Shown piece by piece: positions 1 to 7,162 of a DNA stretch of 64,000 nucleotides. Each line of letters opens with the position of its first letter. The first letter of the stretch is position 1. Below the pieces are notes generated by a model that did no database searches, was not told the DNA's origin, and saw nothing but the letters and a program-made list of their open reading frames with translations. A program made the translations under genes and the position numbers. The stretch is from a virus: the IMG/VR virus record IMGVR_UViG_3300021963_000100, positions 7,719 through 71,718 of that record; one strand, written 5' to 3'.

Positions 1-170
1 TTGTAGGTTCAGGGTTTAGCTTGGGTGCTACCTTAACTGAAAAAGACAATCCAATGACTACTGAAATCGTTTGGGTAGTTTGTTTTATGATTATTACCTT
101 TACGTTTATTCTAGTTATGTCTATTGGGTTGTTTCCTTACAATAAGGAAGAAACGAAGATAGTACTTTAA
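1..170 (+). CDS. partial small membrane protein (3' end), early cassette
   Basis: Open frame from window start: ...NPMTTEIVWVVCFMIITFTFILVMSIGLFPYNKEETKIVL*, hydrophobic stretch, TAA 168-170 followed by the cassette terminator. Confidence 0.7.
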   Translation, partial: VGSGFSLGATLTEKDNPMTTEIVWVVCFMIITFTFILVMSIGLFPYNKEETKIVL

Positions 171-175
171 TTAAA

Positions 176-200
176 GGGGGAGAAATCCCCCATTTTTTTT
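176..200 (+). terminator. intrinsic terminator (representative of 13 in the array)
   Basis: GGGGGA-GAAA-TCCCCC hairpin plus T8. Related hairpins start near 666, 1083, 1964, 2261, 2700, 3181, 3471, 4448, 4824, 5175, 5664, 5948. Confidence 0.9.
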
Positions 201-209
201 GCTCAAAAA

Positions 210-241
210 TTTGTAGGTTAAATTTATTATACTTACCTTTG
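210..241 (+). promoter_or_regulatory. Bacteroidota-type housekeeping promoter (-33 TTTG / -7 TAnnTTTG), representative
   Basis: TTTG 210-213, 20-nt spacer, TACCTTTG 234-241; matches the established Bacteroides/Flavobacterium consensus. Confidence 0.9.
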
Positions 242-262
242 TCCTATCAAAATCAAAAAACA

Positions 263-661
263 ATGGACACACTAATCAAAGAAAACAAAAGAATTTTAGC
301 GGGTTATCACTTACCCGAAGTTGAAGATGAAATGGAAGCACAAATGTATTGGGAAGACTTTGTGTATGAAGTTAAATCAATGATGAAGAAAATGCGTACA
401 AAGAAATTCTTTTGTTACGGGTTATCTTTAACTTGGAGAAATGTTGCAGGTTATACTAAATTTGAAACGGAGAGCGCAGAAACTTTAATCCGTAGACTTG
501 CACCGAATAGCGACTTTACAATGTTGTTTCATCCAACGGACAACAAAGGTATTATTGAAGTTGTTATATCGCACCACGACAAACCAACGGGAGAAACAAT
601 GTACCTTATGAGCCAATCAATGGCAGCGAAGCAAGGTATAATGGAGAAATACTTTAACTAA
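263..661 (+). CDS. hypothetical early protein
   Basis: ORF; start moved to ATG 263 because the track's TTG 239 lies inside the -7 promoter box. Confidence 0.85.
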   Translation: MDTLIKENKRILAGYHLPEVEDEMEAQMYWEDFVYEVKSMMKKMRTKKFFCYGLSLTWRNVAGYTKFETESAETLIRRLAPNSDFTMLFHPTDNKGIIEVVISHHDKPTGETMYLMSQSMAAKQGIMEKYFN

Positions 662-756
662 TAGAACGGGGAGAAATCCCCGTTTTTTTTGCTCAAAAAT
701 TTGCGAGTTAAATTTATTATAAGTACATTTGTATCATAATCAAAAAACAAATAAAA

Positions 757-1077
757 ATGGAAAACTTTAATCAGTTATGCGTTTGGGAAGGCACAGTTGT
801 TGGAGCAGACGAAGTAGAAAACTTTGAGAATTGGTTGCAATCCGAGTTCGGAGTTCGTGGAAAGTATTGTGAGGAAGTATTAACTTTACCAACGGAAGGA
901 GAACCAGGAACGGGAGGAAGAAACGACTTGTTATTTAGAGTACACGATGAAGATGTTATGAAGTTTGCAGTACCACGATTAATGGTTGGTATTAAATGGT
1001 GGGAAGATGTTTTAGGGAACGGGAACGGAGTTCTTTACACCGAAGAAATCTTAAACAAATATCCAAAAACTTGGTAA
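757..1077 (+). CDS. hypothetical early protein
   Basis: 106-aa ORF filling one promoter-terminator cassette. Confidence 0.85.
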   Translation: MENFNQLCVWEGTVVGADEVENFENWLQSEFGVRGKYCEEVLTLPTEGEPGTGGRNDLLFRVHDEDVMKFAVPRLMVGIKWWEDVLGNGNGVLYTEEILNKYPKTW

Positions 1078-1185
1078 TTAGAACGGGGAGAAATCCCCGT
1101 TTTTGTTGTTTAAAACTTTGTTGAAAACTTGTGGGTTAAATTTATTATATATACCTTTGCATCATAAAACAAAGACAAAAACAAA

Positions 1186-1389
1186 ATGAGAAACGAAAAA
1201 ACTTGGTACGAAGTATTTAAACGAAACGAAGACGAAAGCACCGAAACTATTTTTGCTGATGCTGACTTGGAGACTTGCGTTAAAGTGTATCGTAAGGAAA
1301 AAATTAAAGACCGCTCAGTTAAAATAGATAAGTGGTTAGATGCGTCTTATTTAGACTTTCCAATCCCTATTAAATCAATCCTAAATTAA
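1186..1389 (+). CDS. hypothetical early protein
   Basis: 67-aa ORF directly after the cassette leader. Confidence 0.8.
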   Translation: MRNEKTWYEVFKRNEDESTETIFADADLETCVKVYRKEKIKDRSVKIDKWLDASYLDFPIPIKSILN

Positions 1390-1568
1390 TGGACAAAGAA
1401 ACATTAATAATTAAACGGATATTACTCGAGGAACGATATAGAACCCTTTCGGATCTATGGGAGCCTAAAAGTAAACACCACACCCACTTAAATATATCAA
1501 AGAAAATGGATGATGTTATACGAGAGTTAGATGAGGTAAAAAAACTTATGGGAAAATTTGGAGGTTAA
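1389..1568 (+). CDS. small hypothetical protein (59 aa, not in ORF track)
   Basis: TAATG overlap with the upstream stop; MDKETLIIKRILLEERYRTLSDLWEPKSKHHTHLNISKKMDDVIRELDEVKKLMGKFGG*; stop lies inside the next promoter module. Confidence 0.6.
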   Translation: MDKETLIIKRILLEERYRTLSDLWEPKSKHHTHLNISKKMDDVIRELDEVKKLMGKFGG

Positions 1569-1608
1569 ATTTATTGTACTTATCTTTGTATCATAAAATC
1601 AAAAAACA

Positions 1609-1959
1609 ATGAAGGCTTTTAAAATTAATTCAGCAGAACGCAAGGTTGAGGAAATCGAAATCAACTCTTGGGAAGACATTGCACCAGCAATCGGAAACGA
1701 GTGTACAACATTTGCTTGTCCCGTAACATTCGAAAATGAGGACACAATCTATGTAGATGATGAAGGGTTGTATCATCCATTTGAAGGTGGCTTTATGATG
1801 GAAAATTGGAACTACCCTTGCGTTGGAAATGGTATCTTACAAGGTACAGATGATGAGGGGGAAAGCACCGAGCCATTAACCACAAAGGAAGAATTGGAAG
1901 CAATGATTATTTGGGTTGACAAGGTGAAGTGTTCAATTTGGGCATCACAATTTAATTAA
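1609..1959 (+). CDS. DUF3846-like protein
   Basis: IYVDDEGL...PCVGNGILQGTDDEGES pattern resembles DUF3846; cassette context. Confidence 0.6.
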   Translation: MKAFKINSAERKVEEIEINSWEDIAPAIGNECTTFACPVTFENEDTIYVDDEGLYHPFEGGFMMENWNYPCVGNGILQGTDDEGESTEPLTTKEELEAMIIWVDKVKCSIWASQFN

Positions 1960-2053
1960 CGGAACGGGGAGAAATCCCCGTTTTTTTTTGCAATAAAATT
2001 TGGTGGTTAAATAAATTATACATATCTTTGTACTATCAAAATCAAAACAAACA

Positions 2054-2257
2054 ATGGCAAAGAAAAAACAATTTGATGTAATCAGCCCCGATGGGTTTAG
2101 CATCCACCACAGCAACACCTACAACACCAAAGAAGAGGCAATGAACGCTTTCTTTGAGTGGAAGAAACGCTACGAGCAACAAGGGTATTATTCATCTAAT
2201 AGAGGTAGAATCCCTTTGGATGAGTTGGAGAATCATTGTAGAATCGTTGAGGTATAA
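2054..2257 (+). CDS. hypothetical early protein
   Basis: 67-aa ORF filling one cassette. Confidence 0.8.
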   Translation: MAKKKQFDVISPDGFSIHHSNTYNTKEEAMNAFFEWKKRYEQQGYYSSNRGRIPLDELENHCRIVEV

Positions 2258-2349
2258 TTAAAGGGGAACAAATGTTCCCTTTTTTTTTGTTAAAATTTGC
2301 GAGTTAAATTTATTACACTTACCTTTGTATCATAATCAAAACAAACAAA

Positions 2350-2694
2350 ATGAAAAAGTTATTTATTATTTCAGCAGTGCTATTAGCCACAACAAGTTTA
2401 AAAGCACAAACCGTAATTGGCGACACATTAAAGACCAATTCACAATGGGTTAAAACCAAAGCAGTTTTACCAAAAGATGTTAGCGATGTTATGACAATCG
2501 TTAGGAACAACGAGGAGAACACATTGGTAGTTGAATTCGCCAAACATTTAACACAAGATGAGTTGGAGTTGGTTAAAAACTATGTTCGTTTTTATTACGA
2601 TTGGGGTAACGAGCAAGGGGGTTATAATTGTAACGCACCAGATGTTTACAACCAAAAGAAAACTTGCAAACTGATATTCTATAAAAGGGGTTAA
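2350..2694 (+). CDS. exported hypothetical protein (Sec signal peptide)
   Basis: MKKLFIISAVLLATTSLKA-Q signal peptide. Confidence 0.8.
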   Translation: MKKLFIISAVLLATTSLKAQTVIGDTLKTNSQWVKTKAVLPKDVSDVMTIVRNNEENTLVVEFAKHLTQDELELVKNYVRFYYDWGNEQGGYNCNAPDVYNQKKTCKLIFYKRG

Positions 2695-2802
2695 AAGAGA
2701 GGGGAGAAATCCCCTTTTTTTTGTTAATAACTTTCGATCGAAAATTTGCGAGTTAAATTTATTATAAGTACATTTGTATCATAAATCAAAAAACAAAGTA
2801 TT

Positions 2803-3177
2803 ATGAACAATCCATTTCCAAGACCACAAGCTGGGGCTTACAAATCTTACTTAGTTGAGGCTCTTAACAAAATCGGTAGAACAACCGAAGCAAGTGAATT
2901 CGCAAACGGCAATATGAAACTTGCCATTGTATCAAGTATTACGGGTGGGGTTAGATTATTCCCCGAGTTGAATTCGGTGTGTGCTAATTCATTAAATGAG
3001 TTAGAGCCAAACGATACAATCCGTTATTACTTTTGGGGTTTATCAAACGGGCAGTTCGCAGTTGCATCAAGTAACGGAGCTTATGTTTATGACCCAACCG
3101 ACAAGAAAGCCGTTGAGTATGTGAAAGAGCAAGTTGAGAAAAGCGACAATGAAATCATTCAACCATATTTCAGTTAA
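2803..3177 (+). CDS. hypothetical early protein
   Basis: 124-aa ORF filling one cassette. Confidence 0.85.
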   Translation: MNNPFPRPQAGAYKSYLVEALNKIGRTTEASEFANGNMKLAIVSSITGGVRLFPELNSVCANSLNELEPNDTIRYYFWGLSNGQFAVASSNGAYVYDPTDKKAVEYVKEQVEKSDNEIIQPYFS

Positions 3178-3272
3178 TTAAAGGGGGAGAAATCCCCTTT
3201 TTTTTTGCAATAAAATTTGCACATTAAATTTATTATACTTACCTTTGTATCATAATCAAAAACAAATAAAGT

Positions 3273-3467
3273 ATGGCGACTTATTATGTAACAATCATGT
3301 CAATCGACCCCGATGACCACTATGGAAGAGAGCAAGGGGATGACCACCAAAAGTACGGGTTTGATGTTCAAGCGAACAACAAACGAGATGCCGAAGAAAA
3401 GGGTGCAGAAGAATTTAAAAGACGATACCCAGGTTTACCAATCTATTGGGTTAAGGCTGAAATTTAA
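3273..3467 (+). CDS. hypothetical early protein
   Basis: 64-aa ORF filling one cassette. Confidence 0.8.
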   Translation: MATYYVTIMSIDPDDHYGREQGDDHQKYGFDVQANNKRDAEEKGAEEFKRRYPGLPIYWVKAEI

Positions 3468-3552
3468 TTAAAGGGGGGGACAAAAAAGTCCCCTTTTTAT
3501 TTGCATATTAAATAAATTACACTTACCTTTGTACTATCAAAATCAAAAAACA

Positions 3553-3783
3553 ATGTATAAAGTAGAATCAAATCAGTACATCCCTTACAAACCAAAGAGT
3601 TTGCCAAGTGGAATGCCAGCTTGTAGCACTTACTATTATGTAACAAACGAGCAGGGTAAGGTAATAAGCCACAAGACCTTAAAACCTTATAGAGGTAAAG
3701 ATATGGCTAACTACAAATTTAATAGCCAAGAGGGTGCAGAAAGTTTTGCAAAAAAGTTGAATGAAAGTTTGGTAGTTAAATAA
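3553..3783 (+). CDS. hypothetical early protein
   Basis: Start moved to ATG 3553 (track TTG 3529 is in the -7 box); stop lies inside the next promoter. Confidence 0.75.
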   Translation: MYKVESNQYIPYKPKSLPSGMPACSTYYYVTNEQGKVISHKTLKPYRGKDMANYKFNSQEGAESFAKKLNESLVVK

Positions 3784-3825
3784 ATTATACTTACCTTTGT
3801 ATTCACAAATCAAAAAACAAACAAA

Positions 3826-4029
3826 ATGAAATCAACATTCTACTACATCACATTCATTGCATTCACTATCTTTGCATTTTGGGTTGCATTCACTTGGGAT
3901 ATCCCCGTTAACAATCAAATGGGTATGGCTTTTATGGGGGTTATGTGTTTCTCATTATTAGTTCTTTTAATCATTGAGGATATAAAGGAATTTGTTAAAA
4001 AGAGAAAAAATAAACCCCAAACATTTTGA
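3826..4029 (+). CDS. small two-helix membrane protein
   Basis: Two hydrophobic stretches and a basic C-terminal tail. Confidence 0.8.
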   Translation: MKSTFYYITFIAFTIFAFWVAFTWDIPVNNQMGMAFMGVMCFSLLVLLIIEDIKEFVKKRKNKPQTF

Positions 4030-4059
4030 TATTAAATAAAATATTCATATATTTGTAAT

Positions 4060-4419
4060 ATGAAAAAAATATTGACCTTAATTGCATTCGCTTTGATTGT
4101 ATTCAGTGCGAGTGCTAAAGAAACGGAACCGACATTGGTATTAGAATACTACTATACAAATAAAGCGGATAGCGTTTATATTAGTAATAGCATTAAGTCG
4201 GATGAAAGTTTGTGTTGCTCATTTGTGGTTGTATTAAAACCTTCAAAAACAAACGGGAGTGAAACGCAAATTAAACATAGGGAAACGGGGATTGTTCTTG
4301 GAACAATTTACGGAACACCAACAAAAGAGTTCTTGGTTTTTGTTCAGCAAAATTATTTAACCGAGCAATATATAAATGATATTGTACCGAGAATAGTTGC
4401 GACAAAACCAAGTAATTAA
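4060..4419 (+). CDS. exported hypothetical protein, apparently leaderless mRNA
   Basis: MKKILTLIAFALIVFSASA signal peptide; ATG only 4 nt after the -7 box. Confidence 0.8.
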   Translation: MKKILTLIAFALIVFSASAKETEPTLVLEYYYTNKADSVYISNSIKSDESLCCSFVVVLKPSKTNGSETQIKHRETGIVLGTIYGTPTKEFLVFVQQNYLTEQYINDIVPRIVATKPSN

Positions 4420-4564
4420 AGAGTGTTTTTTTGATTAGATGAGGAATGGGGGTTAAACGAAAGTTTGCCCCTTTTCTTTTTAATTAAAAAAAAATTACAT
4501 TAAAATTTGCAAGTTAAATTTATTACACTTACCTTTGTATCATAAATCAAAAAACAAAAACAAA

Positions 4565-4819
4565 ATGAAAAAACAAGTTAACAAATTAGAAAAGAACTTT
4601 GATAAATTTTTTGCGGTGTATTATATCTTATTCGGTGTAATGCTTTTAACAACTTTAGTAAATGTAGCAAATGATTGTTTCATTTTCAAAGTTACTGAAT
4701 TGGTTATGGGGGTTACTTTTATGGTAACAATGTTTGCCCCTGTATTGCTTTATGGTTTATTATATTGGGTATATGAAAACCAAAAGAAACAAATACAAAC
4801 TGGCAACATAGCAGGTTAA
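4565..4819 (+). CDS. small two-helix membrane protein
   Basis: Start moved to ATG 4565; two hydrophobic segments. Confidence 0.75.
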   Translation: MKKQVNKLEKNFDKFFAVYYILFGVMLLTTLVNVANDCFIFKVTELVMGVTFMVTMFAPVLLYGLLYWVYENQKKQIQTGNIAG

Positions 4820-4922
4820 TTAAAGGGGGCGAAAGCCCCTTTTTTATTTAATCAATTTCGATCGAAAATTTGTAGGTTAAATTTATTATACTTACCTTTG
4901 TCCTATCAAAATCAAAAAAACA

Positions 4923-5168
4923 ATGGCAACAAAAACATTCAAGTCCGAGTATCATTCAGGGGGTATTATTAAAGTAACCACCGATGAAAAGAAAAAGAAA
5001 GTAACCTTTGTAGTTTGCGACCACGAGTATTCATTTGATACTAATGATAGCAGAGCAGAAACACAAATGGATAATTTCTTATTTGAGAATACAAGTTCAT
5101 ATTATGCAGAGCAAATACTAAATTGGGTTAAGAGTAAAATAAAAATTGAAACACCTTCATTTTGGTAA
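4923..5168 (+). CDS. hypothetical early protein
   Basis: 81-aa ORF filling one cassette. Confidence 0.8.
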   Translation: MATKTFKSEYHSGGIIKVTTDEKKKKVTFVVCDHEYSFDTNDSRAETQMDNFLFENTSSYYAEQILNWVKSKIKIETPSFW

Positions 5169-5264
5169 TTATTAAAGGGGACAAAAAAGTCCCCTTTTTT
5201 TATATTAAAATTTGCATATTAAATATATTACATATATCTTTGTATCATCAAATCAGAAAACACT

Positions 5265-5660
5265 ATGAAAAAATCCCTAATCGTAATGGTTGCAATGTTG
5301 GGAGTAACATTGACCACAAAAGCACAAGTAATTGTAAGCGGTAAATTTGTAGACGCTAAAGCGACCTTTAGAGTTTACGAGATGCAAGAGGATAGTACCT
5401 TTGCTGAAATATCCGCAAATCTAACTAACAATGCAAAGCCAAAGCACCGCTATGCTATTGAATTGGAAGATAACAAAGTTTATATTGTTAATTTTACCAA
5501 CGAAGACAATAAAACTAAATCAATGAAGTTTATATCTTATCAGTCGGGAGATATTGACTTAGACGTAAACTTTAAGACAACCAAAGATGCTTATGTTACA
5601 ATTAAAAATAACAAGGCATACGTCAAACGAACAAACGAAAAACTTTTAGCAGTAAATTAA
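5265..5660 (+). CDS. exported beta-rich hypothetical protein
   Basis: MKKSLIVMVAMLGVTLTTKA-Q signal peptide. Confidence 0.8.
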   Translation: MKKSLIVMVAMLGVTLTTKAQVIVSGKFVDAKATFRVYEMQEDSTFAEISANLTNNAKPKHRYAIELEDNKVYIVNFTNEDNKTKSMKFISYQSGDIDLDVNFKTTKDAYVTIKNNKAYVKRTNEKLLAVN

Positions 5661-5755
5661 TTAAAGGGGAGAAATCCCCTTTTTTTTATGCTCAAATTTG
5701 TGAGTTAAATTTATTATATATACCTTTACATTATAAATCAAAAAACATATTTGTT

Positions 5756-5944
5756 ATGAAAAAATTAGTTCTTTTAGTAATGGTTTCAGTGATGGCGATT
5801 GGAACAAGTTTTGCAAACGATGGAGTTAAGAAGTTGAAAAAGCACAAGAGAGTTAAATATCATCAGTGCGATGCTTATAAGACACACTACGCACCGATTA
5901 AGCCCGAAAGACACAAACACCACACTTGCGATGCTTATAATTAA
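5756..5944 (+). CDS. small exported basic peptide with duplicated HxCDAY motif
   Basis: Signal peptide MKKLVLLVMVSVMAIGTSFA; HQCDAY and HTCDAY. Confidence 0.75.
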   Translation: MKKLVLLVMVSVMAIGTSFANDGVKKLKKHKRVKYHQCDAYKTHYAPIKPERHKHHTCDAYN

Positions 5945-6029
5945 TTAAAGGGGACGAAAGTCCCTTTTTTATTTAATTAATTTTCGATCGAAATTTGCAG
6001 GTTAAATTTATTATACTTACCTTTACATT

Positions 6030-6103
6030 GTCAATGAGAAATCGAGACGGGCGGGGGTAAGACCACGAAGTAAATCAGAAGTACGTTGCCCTATATTTTT
6101 TTT
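6030..6103 (+). ncRNA. candidate small structured RNA occupying an early cassette
   Basis: Full promoter module (5994-6025) followed by about 70 GC-richer nt with stems GTC/GAC and GGGCGG/TTGCCC and then a T-run; no A-rich leader and only an 8-codon ORF. Confidence 0.5.
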
Positions 6104-6204
6104 ATGTGGATAACTTGTTAATAACTATCATAAAAATAATTACCCCAAAATTTTGCCATTAAAGGACAATACCATACCTTTGTACTATCAAAATCAAAAA
6201 ACAT

Positions 6205-6732
6205 ATGTACAACAAAAAATCACAAATCGTAGCAAGTCTTATTAAAGACGGAGGTTCAGCAAAATTTGCACAAGTATTAGCAGAGGTTGAACAAAAAATG
6301 TTAAAGACGGGTAATCCTTTGCGTAATGCAGTTATTACCAAGTTAGTGGACTACAATATGCTATTGAACGCTAACTATCAAAATATGGTTAATAACGCCC
6401 TAATTAGAGAGGGTAAAGACGCTAACTTTGTAGCCAAAGAAAATTGGTTCACACCCGTAAATGACGGCTTTAATGGTTCAGTAGTAGCAAAGAAGTCCGA
6501 CCTTACTTGCGAGTACTTAAAGTTCTCTTGTAATAACGCTAAAACGCTTAATTACTTTGTGGACGGGGTTGAGGCTACACCCGAACAAATGGAGGTTATT
6601 AAGCAGTATAAACAAAGAAGTAACCGACCACTTAATCAAGGGTTAACCGAAGATAATGAGGTTATTATCCGTACTATTAAAATGGAGGGTATTAAGAAAA
6701 TCAAGTGTGGCGAGAACCTTATCTTCGGATAA
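6205..6732 (+). CDS. hypothetical early protein
   Basis: 175-aa ORF after the last promoter module. Confidence 0.85.
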   Translation: MYNKKSQIVASLIKDGGSAKFAQVLAEVEQKMLKTGNPLRNAVITKLVDYNMLLNANYQNMVNNALIREGKDANFVAKENWFTPVNDGFNGSVVAKKSDLTCEYLKFSCNNAKTLNYFVDGVEATPEQMEVIKQYKQRSNRPLNQGLTEDNEVIIRTIKMEGIKKIKCGENLIFG

Positions 6733-6764
6733 GGTTTTTAATACACAAGTATTTTAACAGAAAG

Positions 6765-6809
6765 TTATCCACACTAACAATGTGGGTAACTTTTTTCATA
6801 TGTGGATAA
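6765..6809. promoter_or_regulatory. DnaA-box cluster
   Basis: TTATCCACA 6765-6773, TGTGGGTAA 6781-6789 (1 mismatch), TGTGGATAA 6801-6809; another perfect box at 6105-6113. Confidence 0.6.
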
Positions 6810-6812
6810 CTA

Positions 6813-6882
6813 CCCCCCGTATGGGGCCTCCCCTCCCGTATCCCCCTCCCTGGTCCCCCCGTTATATACCCCAATAGGGGGG
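6813..6882 (-). other. C-tract cluster (potential G-quadruplex on minus strand)
   Basis: Seven C3-C6 runs in 60 bp within an AT-rich genome. Confidence 0.6.
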
Positions 6883-6908
6883 TCAAACATCTAAATGAAT
6901 TGTTTCTT

Positions 6909-7010
6909 AAAAAAATTTCTGGGAGGTCCTTTTTTCCAAATATTGACCCCTTTCAGGATCCAAACGGATTTTCAAAAAAATTTCTGGGAGTATTTTTTTT
7001 CCAAAATATC
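6909..7010. repeat. imperfect direct repeat, about 35 bp, two copies
   Basis: AAAAAAATTTCTGGGAG...TTTTTTCCAAA at about 6910-6940 and 6974-7005. Confidence 0.75.
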
Positions 7011-7140
7011 GGCTTTTTAAACGATAACCCAAATTATCGGTTAATTACACGATAAGGCCAGAACCTTATAATTTGTCAAATTATGTATGGTAATTCGGAA
7101 ATTATCCGATTAACCATGGTTTATTTTACATAAAACGAGG

Positions 7141-7148
7141 TATTTATA
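7141..7148 (+). promoter_or_regulatory. putative late promoter TATTTAT(A), representative of about 20
   Basis: Same motif 5-35 nt upstream of ATG on the coding strand. Plus: 7141, 11831, 19002, 20857, 25751, 29790, 31425, 41526, 53149. Minus: 8345, 10515, 11787, 20804, 22616, 23306, 24591, 25718, 31393, 37642, 38415. Confidence 0.75.
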
Positions 7149-7162
7149 ATAAAATTACCACT

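Larger units (their letters stand above)
173..6204 (+). repeat. dispersed repeat: 17 copies of an early promoter/leader module, 13 preceded by an intrinsic terminator
   Basis: Consensus aaaaTTTGcrrgttaaatttattatactTACCTTTGtatcataaatcaaaaaacaa-ATG. Promoter spans: 210-241, 700-731, 1128-1159, 1557-1588, 1999-2030, 2296-2327, 2745-2776, 3216-3247, 3500-3531, 3768-3799, 4025-4055, 4506-4537, 4869-4900, 5211-5242, 5697-5728, 5994-6025, 6152-6182. Confidence 0.95.

Noticed and set aside
239-4564. TTG starts at 239, 3529 and 4535 from the ORF track
   Set aside because: The TTG belongs to the -7 TAnnTTTG box; the downstream ATG after the A-rich leader is the plausible start
6030-6103. tRNA or hammerhead/HDV ribozyme identity for the RNA cassette
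   Set aside because: No cloverleaf or TTCGA T-loop, no CUGANGA core, no recognisable HDV-type pseudoknot
173-6204. CRISPR array or integron attC array
   Set aside because: Repeats are degenerate promoter/terminator modules separated mostly by 190-400 bp ORFs; no cas or integrase gene, and no attC R/L box structure
2319-6341. ORFs 2319-2543(-), 5162-5344(+) and 6159-6341(-)
   Set aside because: Antisense to, or running across, terminator/promoter modules of better-supported cassettes
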